A DNA stretch of 64,000 bases from Hemiscyllium ocellatum (taxonomy: Eukaryota), in the NCBI RefSeq assembly GCF_020745735.1, contig NC_083407.1, positions 34,711,857 through 34,775,856 of the forward strand, given 5' to 3'. The first letter of the stretch is position 1. Each line of letters begins with the position of its first letter. The notes under the pieces were generated by a model, which was not told where the DNA came from, searched no databases, and saw only the letters and a list, made by a program, of their open reading frames with translations. The position numbers and the translations under genes were made by a program. This document shows, piece by piece, positions 50,895 to 61,014 of this stretch.

Positions 50895-51800
50895 ATCTGG
50901 ATGAAGGAACTGAGTGCATTCTGGCTAAGTTGGCAGATGATACAAAGATCAGTAGAGTAACAGGTAATGTTGAGGAAGCAGGGAAGCTGTAGAAATATTC
51001 AGGCAGGTTAAGTGAACGGGCAAAGAAATATAACGTCATGCACTTTGTAGGAAGAATTTTCTAAATGAGGAGAAAATTCAGAAATCTGAAATGCAGAGTG
51101 AGTCCTAGTCCTGGTTCCTCTTAAGTAAACTTGCAGTTTGAATTGGTAGGTAAGAAGGCAAATACAATGTCATTATTCATCTTGAGAGGACGAGAATACA
51201 AAAGCAGGGATGTATTTCTGAGGCTTTGTAAAGCTCAGGTCAGACCCCATTTAGAGTATTATAGGCAATTTTAGGTCCTGTACCTAAGGAAAGATGTATT
51301 AACCATGGAGCAAGTCAAGAGGACGTTCCCAAGAATGATCCCAGGAATAAAAGGCTTAACATGTGAGGAATGTTTGAGGATTCTGGACTATACTCGATAG
51401 AGTTTTGAACGATGAGGGCAGATCGAATTGAAACAGAATACTGAATGACCTGGACAAAGTGAACATTGAGAAGATGTTTCTATTCGCATGAGAGACGAGG
51501 ACCCAACGGCACAACCTTCGAGTAAAGGGAAGACCTTTTAGAATGAAGATAAATAGAAAGTTCTTCAGCTAGACAGTGATAAAGTTGTGGAATTAATTGC
51601 CACAGAAGACTGTGGAGGTCAGGTCATTGAGTATATTTTAGACTGAGATAGATAGGTTCTTGATTGTCAAGGGAATGAAAGGTGACTGAGAGAAAACAGG
51701 AAAATGGGGTTGCAAAACCTATCAGCCATGTTTAAATGGAAGAACAGACTCAGTGGGCCAAATGGCCTAATTTCTGCTCTTACGTCATATGGTCTTATTT
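50895..51800 (+). mobile_element. CR1 3' fragment, same subfamily as 7515-8560
   Basis: atctggatgaaggaactgagtgcattctggctaagttggcagatga... is co-linear with the sequence from 7515 onward. Confidence 0.85.
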
Positions 51801-52564
51801 TTGATGGAATTGGAATTTGCTTTATTCTCACATGTACTCAAGAAAGTACAGTGAAAAGTGTGCAATGCTGAAATCATTGGGACATTTTGGATTTGCTGAT
51901 TTCATGTTAGAAATCTACCATCATATTTGCTCAATTCAGAGCATAATTACAAAGCAATTAAAATGAATAATAATTGTTTAGTAAAATCATTAACAAGATC
52001 TATGATAGATCTTCACAACCATCCTCACTGGTGTAGTAAGCTTATGCAGGTTGTAACTAAGCCAAATAAAACAGGAAATCCACCCTTTTGACTCTTGGCA
52101 CTTATCAAGTTAGGCATATTGAAACTAAAGAGGGTATCACAATTGCCTTAGTAAATGAGAGTCACCCAGATTTAGATGAGTGACCTTTGCTGAAATGTGG
52201 ATGTCATTAGTAAAATAGAAACAAGTTGAATTATGAAGTATGAATAACTCACATAGTTTAGACATATTATACTACATCTTTGAAGCAGGTGGACTTGAAC
52301 CAAAGTGTTTTTTTAGCCCAAAGATAGGGACACAATACCACTAGAGCTCTCTGAGTAATGATATACCTTATGATTAAATAGTCTACAAACAATCCTTTCC
52401 AATTCTCATCGATGAATAGTGACCATACGCAGATCCATCATGAGGAAATTCATTTTTTTATTTTAAAAGAAACTCTTTGCCAAGCTATAAAGGCTGCAAG
52501 AGTTGAAATAAAAATGAAAGCAAATGACCAAAAACAAAACATTGATTCCTATGTAAGAAATAAA

Positions 52565-53122
52565 ACAAAGAGCTTTGGATACTGGAGACAAGGCTGAGGG
52601 TCGACCTTATAGATGTTTATAAAATCATGAAGGGTTTAGATATGGTAAATAGACAAGGGTGAGTGAGTCCAAAACTAGAGGGCATAGGTTTAAGGTGGAA
52701 AGGAAAAGACTTTAAAGGGACCGAAGAGGCAACCTTTTCATGCAGAGGGTGGTGCGTGTAAGGAATGAGATGAGGGACAAAGTGATGGGCTGAAAAAACA
52801 CAGCAAGCAGGCAGCATCAGGAGGTGGAGAAGTTGATGTTCCAGGTGTAACCCTTCTTCAGGACGTCCCAATGCTGCCTGGATTGCTATGTTCTTCCAGC
52901 CTCCTGCCTGTCTACTTTGGATTCCAATATCTAGAGTCTTTTGTCTCTGGAGGAAGTGATGGAGGCTGGGACAATTACAACAGTTTAAAAGCCATCTGAA
53001 TGAGGATGCGAATAGGAAAGTTATAGAGGGATATGGGCCAAATGCCTACAAAAGGGACTAGATTAATTTGGGATATCTAGTCAGCATAGACAGATCAGAC
53101 TGCTGTACCTCTCTATGACTCA
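52565..53122 (+). mobile_element. CR1 3' fragment containing an old fold-back PLE relic (about 52772-52948)
   Basis: RLRVDLIDVYKIMKGLD remnant. The insert has cacagcaagcaggcagcat / atgctgcctggattgct arms and a minus-strand GTC-CTGAAGA-agggttacacct-GGAA-CATC. Confidence 0.75.
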
Positions 53123-53139
53123 ATCACCCTATCTGAGAC

Positions 53140-53275
53140 ACACAGCAACAGAAATTGCTGAAGAAACTGAGCAGTCTGATAGCATCTGTGAGAGAAAATG
53201 GCAGTATTTTCTTTCCACAGATGCTGCCAGACATGCTGACTTTCTTTAGCAAGTACTGCTATTGTGGATTTCTGT
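53140..53275. mobile_element. Old fold-back relic of the PLE terminal-repeat type
   Basis: ttgctgaagaaactgagcagtctgatagcatctgtg pairs with cacagatgctgccagacatgctgactttctttagcaa. Confidence 0.6.
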
Positions 53276-55158
53276 GAAATTACTTTGGTCGTATATTTTT
53301 TTAAAAAGTAGTGACTGAAGAAGGAACAGGTACGGCATGAGGCACAAGGGTTCAGCCTGAATATTCTGACACCACTGTTCCACTCCACCAGACCCAATCA
53401 TTTACGTCAAGCTCCAGGATCCGATATCCTCTCCTCCACCACCATCACCACCACCAGACATAACACCCTCTCTGCCCCATTGGAGCCAACATACCCCCAA
53501 CATCAGAGCTGACATGTTTCCTCTATATTTGCTGAGACTTGATTTGCCCTCTTGTATCCAACTGGATACCCATTGGGCAGCTGCTGTCAAAGTGGTTGTC
53601 TGTGATTCCGGACCTTTATGTTTCAGAATACTGTAACCAGCAGCTATGAGAAAAGAGGCACTGTTTGCTTTTCCCTGACTGGACAATGAGGGAGCTGTTA
53701 GAGTGGAACTTCCTATCAGAAGTGTGAAGCTCTTCCATTTCATAAAAGAGAAGGAGAAGAGACAATCTATATGTGACTGCCACTCCTTGGAAAATCCGGC
53801 CCTGTATCTTTACTCTTGAAACAGTAGCTGAAGCACGCGTATTGAATAAATGTACAAGTTTGTACATGTATTGTGTGGTATCAACAGCAGGGAAGTGGTT
53901 CTCAAAGGAATGCAAGGGTATGGCTGTCAGTACTGCTAGCCCCACTACCGTCCCTCAGGGGACAGCACTTGATTCACGCATATGATGCATAGAAGGAGAG
54001 ATCGATAATGTCTTGCCAGAGGCAGCATTGTGCAGATACTGATTCCAGCTGCATCAAGAAAACTTCAGGCTGACTGTACTTAGCATGCTTCAACACGTTT
54101 TATCATCATTCAGCTTTGTCATAATTATTGGGACCATACGTTCTTTAATTCAGTCAAAAATATTGAACATTTAAAGTGTAAAGAAAACATATCATTTACA
54201 GATCCAACAAAAAAATCACAGGAAGTCTTTGTTAAAATTAAACTGTAGCAGTTTTGACTGTTAGATTTCAATAGTCAAAGAATATAATTTTCAGGAAACT
54301 TCTCTTAATAGTAGCTAAAGGTTTCATTCGTTAACCTAAAATATTTGTTAAATTAAAGTGAATGCACACATATGGTTATTGGACGAAACAACCTATACTT
54401 TCCCTCACAATTTTTTTGGACAACAAAGAAAGAATGAACTTGAATGTGTGTAGTAAAGTAATTAGTTATTTTTAAATTTAAGAATGTTCTTTAGAGTATG
54501 ACTATCATGTTCCTGTATATTTTCTGTATATTATTTTAAATATAGCATACTAAATCATCTGTGTCTTGTATAATTTAGAATTTCAGTGCAAATTATAACT
54601 GCGACTGTATATCACATATGCAGATAATCAAAACTCTATTCCTTTTTGGAAACACAGCAAAAGAACTGTTAGTCAAAGATTTCAGAGAACACAGCATAGA
54701 GACTCTATCAAATGTAACTTACCATATATATTCGAGAAATCATCAAATATTTTTGACTACTTTTTAAGGTAAAATTTATGGAGTCGAATATTACCTGGAT
54801 ACTACTTTTGATGGGCTGAAATTCATGCTCGTCAAAATTCATACCATACCAGTAGGCAGAAGCCCAATTGATCTCTAAATGTATCAAGAAAAAAAATTAC
54901 AATAATTCTGAAAACCCTGGGTGGAACACAACAACCAGCAGACTGGAAAACTGGAAAGGAACGTGACAGCTGGCACACTGACTCATAAACATTGATCTGT
55001 TATCTGTGAAGAACTAGGGTCAACTTTTATATGAGATATAAGGAAAATTCCAGATTATTTGGTCAAAAATAGGGGATCAACTTTTACATGAAATTGACTA
55101 TTACGGTAATGTATTGTTCACAACAAAAACATAATGTGCGTTACTGCTTTATGTGCAG

Positions 55159-55378
55159 ATGGATGTACTGGACAGATTGGGAAGAGGAAGAAATAGACAA
55201 CATGACAGGAAGAATTGAGAAAGCTTGGATGGATGGTTCCAATCGCCAGCTCTTTGTGACAACAATGATGCTATGGCCAAATGGTTTAACCCTCGACTAT
55301 AACAATGGAATACTGTATTGGTGTGATGCGTACTACGATCACATTGAAAGGATTTTTTTAAATGGCACAGATAGAATG
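55159..55378 (+). CDS. LRP1B: LRP1B internal coding exon (220 nt, phase 2 to phase 0)
   Basis: gtgcAG acceptor ends 55158, donor GTGAGT at 55379. GG|A completes Gly, then [73 protein letters not shown]. Confidence 0.94.
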
Positions 55379-56509
55379 GTGAGTGCACTTTCTTTTGTGC
55401 CATTGAAAACAGCATGGCACTAAGATGCAAATTTTAAAAAAAGATTTTACAATTAAGAGAATAAATTTTTTTAAAACCCAATATCTGTCTCCTAAAATTA
55501 ATTTAGTGATAGGAACTCAATGATGCACTTTTTCAACAGTTACGTTTCATGGAATTCTGCACAAACTAAATCAAATGAACAGAAAAGAGGCTCGTTAAAT
55601 ATAAACACCATTGTCTAGCTATTTAGTGCCCTTTACTTGGATGCTAAAAGGCCAATCTACCCTCAAGTATATTGGGCAGTAATTCATTACAAGCTGGAAG
55701 TGTACCATCAAACACATTAGTAATACTCAAAAACACAGTGTACAGAGCATAAAGTGAAACAGTCATTATTTCCTTCCCTTGGGTTAACTCCAATCTATAA
55801 ATGAAAATCACTACAATCCACTTTCCTCATTAAGTCGTGACCATTGATGGTGTGTTTATCTAGAGAGCCACCTTGTTTCAAGTGAGGTGCAATATTGATC
55901 TCAGCAGGTGCAGGAGTTGAAATCATGCTGTTTTGTATCACTAATCAGCCATCCAGCCAACTGAGCTAACCAAGCCAACAGATTAGCTTGCACTGTTCCC
56001 AGTGGATATTACTCAGGAAAGCCAGGCCTAATTTTGTGATGGACATGTAGGTCTGAAAGGGACTATCTTGTAAGATGCCATCAATAATGTATAATTTATG
56101 AACTATAGTAGCAGTGTCTTTAATAACTTTCCCATTTAAAATGCTAACCACAGCTATCCCTTACTCCCACGCCCTCAATCACTGTTTGCCCCTCACCCAT
56201 CACTGATGCTTTCACCTATCCTAGCCACTGGTCATTGCTCCCACCGCCACACCTTAAATCACTTGCCTAGCACCTACTTTTCTATAACAGTAGATGAGGC
56301 CCAACCTTCAAAGGGACTTCATTCATGAGCTGCCCTTATTCTCCACAGTTTTTTATCTGATGGAAATGATGCCCTGAGCCAAATATCAGGGATGCCTCAA
56401 GTTCAGCATTACAAACACACAGACTGACCACTGCACTCTAGTTAACAGTCCCCCTCTGCACTGCACAGACTGTTATGCAGCCTAATTTCTGTCCTAAATA
56501 TGTCACATA

Positions 56510-56742
56510 TGTAGAACGTGGAATACAGAACAGTACAGCACAAGTCAGGTCCTTCGGCCCACGATGTTTTGCCGATCTTTTATACTACTCTAAGGTCAAA
56601 TAAACCTACATATGCTACATTTTAATATCATCCGTGTGCCTATCCAAGAGTCGTTGAATGTCCCTAATGTATCTGACTCTACTACCACTGCTGGCAGTGC
56701 ATTCCACTCTCTGTGTAAAGAACCTACCTCTGACATCTCCTA
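56510..56742 (-). mobile_element. CR1 3' end, same subfamily as 9505-9730
   Basis: agaacagtacag...ccttcggcccacgatgtt...ctaccactgctggcagtgcattcc. Confidence 0.8.
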
Positions 56743-56984
56743 AGTGTTGAAGAAAATATTACAATCAATACTGGATTATATCATACTATCATATCACCAT
56801 ACATATTTCAGACAAAACATTATGCACAGCAAAAATCAATTTTGCAAAATGTACTTAAAATAATTTATCCACTGATTTTTGTAAGTATCAATGATGTATG
56901 CATCCCTGACTTTGTTTTCTTTTTTTCTATCTAGTTCTATTCGCTTTTAATGTTATTTGTTTTTATGTTTTACACATATTACAG

Positions 56985-57183
56985 ATAGTATATGGTGGGA
57001 AAGAATTGAATCACCCCTTTGGATTGTCACATTATGGAAAATTTATTTTCTGGACTGAATACACAAATGGAACAATTTTTCAATTGGATTTAATATCAAA
57101 GAATGTTTCACTGCTTCGAAAAGAAAGGCCGCCATTATTTGGACTGAGAATCTATGATGCTCAGCAGCAACAACAACTACAAG
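56985..57183 (+). CDS. LRP1B: LRP1B internal coding exon (199 nt, phase 0 to phase 1); end of the beta-propeller
   Basis: T-rich tract plus tacAG ending 56984, donor GTACTG at 57184. Translates [66 protein letters not shown]. Confidence 0.92.
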
Positions 57184-59123
57184 GTACTGTACATGTAGGA
57201 TGCTAAAACAAGCTAATTATTTCATTTAATTGGACAATTCTTAAATTAATAGGTATATGAGGACAAGATAGATGTTATTTTGTAAATCTAGCTTTTAATT
57301 ATTTCTCGTTACAAGAACTTTAGTGGAGATAGCTGAACAAAATAATCAAAGAAACATTAATCCATCATGATTTAAAAATCCTGTTAAAATGCAAAATAAC
57401 AGAAGACACAGTAAGAAATCTCTCATGGGGTTTACTGTGAAAAATGTGACACCTTGCAGGAGTGTCTGAGCATTTATGAATGAACAGCAACATATTTTTT
57501 GTGCAAACACAAACTGCAAGTGCCTTTTATTTTCATTTTTGACTTGTCTCACTCACATGAGCTTCTAAAAAATCATTCCAAATGGAAAATGGCACTATCG
57601 TGTGTCTGTAATATACAGAGTAACCCCTTCCTGGAAATCAACAAAACTTCCGAGTTCATGTTTAAATCCTGCTCCTTTAGTTGGGCAAAGATCAATTATA
57701 GACAAAACATTGTATTATATTAAAAATATGATTAACTGCAAACTATATATGCAAATGATAAGGGTTTGAAAATACTCTTTCTTTCATAATTGTTTCACTG
57801 GATGGATTTCTTTTTGCTTAGGACAACTATTCTCACTGTTCCTCCTCTGTAGAGGTTACTTATGTATGCATTATGTCGTTCTGCTTCAACAATTTTATTT
57901 TTATCTGTTGTCTGAATGCTTATCACGTACATCTTGCTTTTTTTGGAGGATCAAAATGTCTATGTTTGTTTGCACCTACTACAGAGAACAAAAATTAGAT
58001 AATCGGAGAATCTGATTGGAGGAGGGATGTCGATCTGATCCTTGCCAGAATGCAAACTGTGCTCAGAACAAAACAGCAGCTGATATTTTACCACGCCAGT
58101 TCTTATTTTCAATTGGCTGACAAAGTATTGTCAAGATATTTAATTTAAAACCAAGTAAAAATGGCAGGGAGAGTTGAAAACAGGCCTGCAGGAAGAGATT
58201 GAACTACTGTTCTTGGAGCTGCTGTGTCAAGAAGATTGGGTGTGGTGAATAAACTCTGTCATTTTGATACAAGCCAATTTTATACAGTTGCTATAGACCA
58301 AATTCACTCACTCTGTCCCTCGCAGGGAGGAAAATAATAGGACAGATAAAGTCTCATCCTTCAGCAAGCAAGTGTAGTGCCTAAAAGCAGGATTGAAGAC
58401 CAAAGAAGTGAGTTTTTGAGGGCTTAGCTCAGTTTGTAAAAAAAGGGTAACACCAAACATGTCAACTCATATGAATTAGTTGAAAAAAATATGCTTTCTT
58501 ATTAAAATTAACATCTCCTGTGATTTGTGAGTAAGGGCTGTAAAGTTTCTAGATTTAAAAACATAATTATCTTATATTAAACAGCTGATCGTGATCTTTC
58601 TAAATTGTTCTCCACAGCATTACCGGAGAGCATGGTGTATTTTTGTTACATTTACAGCGGTACCTCTTAAAGGGATCTGTGCAAAGGAGTAACTACTCAG
58701 ATATTGTCACATGGCTACAGGCTGTCTATACAGAGCCTATGTTTGGAGATTACTCTACTGTAAACATAGATTTAGTTGTAAGTAAAGCCACCAGAGATTT
58801 TCAATCCATTTTCTGGAGAAGAGCCATAGCAAACTCAAACTGCAACAGATACTGGCAGATTTGCTGAGCTTCTCCTGCATTTTATGTGCTTGTAACAGAA
58901 TCCATGTGCTCCATTTGCATAACTTTTAGACAACACGTGAATATTATTACAAATTATAGCTGCAATCTCATGGTGTTGAAAGGTGAGGCAGTGGCTGGGA
59001 AGATTGCAGTAATCACATTAAATAAGTGTACATGTTGAGTAATGCAGTAATCCAAGGAAGACAGAGTGGTGGTACTATTTGGTGGTTGCTGTGAGTGATT
59101 GCAGAAGGCTTTTGTGGCAATAG

Positions 59124-59436
59124 ATTAGACTTAGACTTACAGTGTGGAAACAGGCCCTTCGGCCCAACAAGTCCACACCGACCCGCCGAAGCGCAACCCA
59201 CCCATACCCCTACATTTACCCCTTACCTAACACTACGGGCAATTTAGCTTGGCCAATTCACCTGACCCGCACATCTTTGGACTGTGGGAGGAAACCGGAG
59301 CACCCAGAGGAAACCCACGCAGACACGGGGAGAACGTGCAAACTCCACACAGTCAGTCGCCTGAGTCGGGAATTGAACCCGGGTCTACAGGCGCTGTGAG
59401 GCAGCAGTGCTAACCACTGTGCCACCGTGCCGCCCA
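59124..59436 (-). mobile_element. Young full-length HE1/V-SINE-type SINE
   Basis: CpG-rich, with intact A box (tggcacagtggtt) and B box (ggttcaattccc), (aagtct)n tail and TSD CAATAG (59118-59123 / 59437-59442). Confidence 0.92.
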
Positions 59437-60264
59437 CAATAGCAGTGGTTCTAAAAGTCATTATACCGATGGTGATGTTTGGCCAATGTTTGTATCTTGG
59501 CCTGATGTCATGACTTGGTCTGAAGCATATTTCAATGAGTTGTAATCAATATTTCCTAGCAGGGCCTGTTTGTGAATACACTGAGCTGTTAACAGATTAT
59601 CTAGGAAGGACCTTGACTTTGAGTCTTTGCTCGGTCTGATGGCAATTTGCCAGGGTGGGGGGGTGTCCTCAGCTTGTTTTATTGCCCAATGAATATGAAG
59701 AAAAAAAAGATCAAACCAACCTTCTCTTTCTGAATTACCAGCGCATGATCTCTCCTGGGAAGAGATCATTAAATGTGTGCCTGTGTTTGAGCAAAGCTTT
59801 GCCTGTTTGTGTGTATTAAGCTATTGTGTAAAAATAAGATTCGGCTCTGAAGCCCATCATGGAAGAATAACTGACTGAAGTGCAACATGGATAGGAAATC
59901 AATTGAAATGCTGTCTCTGTTGGATGCCAATTAATCCCAAAAACTGAGCGCAGAATCATGAGTCAAGAGCCCAGATTGGATGACTGAATAATTTGTTGAC
60001 AGCTCAGCCCACTCACAAACAAGACCTGACAGTGGAGGACTGGAAGTGGGAGATGTGGAGGAATAAACTGTTCTGCGAATGTCCATAAAATGGAAGCATG
60101 AGGTAACTCAAAATATGAAGTACAACTGAACATAGCAATTAGGTGCCGAATGAAGCTAATTGGTCACATTAAGCCTGCTCCAACAATCGATAAGATCATG
60201 GTAGATCTGATTGTGGTGTCTTTTCTTTTAAACTTTTGTTTCTCTTCTTAAAAAAAATTCTTTC

Positions 60265-60479
60265 ACAGCAAGAGGGTGTTGTTAGCCAGGCAGCATTTAT
60301 TGTCTGTACCTAATTGCTCAGATGGCAGTTACGAGTCTACCACTTTGAATTGGATTTGGAGTCACATGTAGACCAGCCCAGGTAAGGATAGCTGTTTCTT
60401 TCCCTAAAGAACATTAGGGAAGTTTATTTTTCCCAACAATGAACAATTGATTCATGGTCATCAATAGACTCTTACTTCC
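60265..60479 (-). mobile_element. SINE with an L2-like tail (3' half)
   Basis: gcagcatttattg...ggagtcacatgtagaccagcccaggtaagga...ttccctaaaga...ttcatggtcatc; homologous to 44955-45282. Confidence 0.65.
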
Positions 60480-60915
60480 AGAGTCAAAACGTGTGGTACT
60501 ACAGAAAGCACAGCAAGTCAGGCAGCAGCATCCGAGGAGCAGGAGAGTCAATGTTTCAGGCATTCCTGATGAAGGGCTTTTGCCTGAAACGTCAAATTTC
60601 CTGTTCCTTGGATGCTGCCTGACCTGCTGTGCTTTAACCAGCAACACATTTTCAGCTCAGGAAGAATAGGTGACTGCACTTGATTGTGACAGGTCTGTGA
60701 GGGCAAGGTGGAGTGGATGGTTGGGAAGGAAGATGAACAGTTAGGACAGATCAAGAGGGCAGTGCTGAGTTGAAGGGTTGTATCTGGGATGAATTGGGGG
60801 GAGGGGAGATTTGGAAACTGGTGAAGTCAATGTTAATACCCTGTAATTGTAGGGTCCCAAGGTGAAAGATGAGGCGTTCTTCCTCCAGTTGGCAGGTGGC
60901 TTTGATTTAGTGGTG
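60480..60915 (-). mobile_element. Older Neptune-type PLE 3' end with a younger opposite-strand terminal repeat (60562-60656) nested in its ribozyme
   Basis: Minus strand about 60820-60900 encodes QLEEERLIFHLGTLQLQGINIDFTSF (compare 5910-5985). The nested + piece reads ATTC-CTGATGA-A-GGGC-tttt-GCCT-GAAA-CGTC-AAAT...acacattttcagc. Confidence 0.8.
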
Positions 60916-61014
60916 GGGCTATCGAAAGGACAAACCGACAGGCAGAAGAGGTGGGGCAGCCCTGTTGGTGAGGAATGATATTCAGTCCCTTGCGAGGGGG
61001 TGGGGGTGGGGGTG

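Noticed and set aside
53402-53985. Overlapping 70-113-aa ORFs, including TTVPQGTAL resembling an RT motif
   Set aside because: No further RT or other domain motifs in frame; cannot be supported.
16115-59436. tRNA genes suggested by A and B boxes
   Set aside because: All are SINE heads continuing into a shared SINE body and tail; no complete cloverleaf with terminator.
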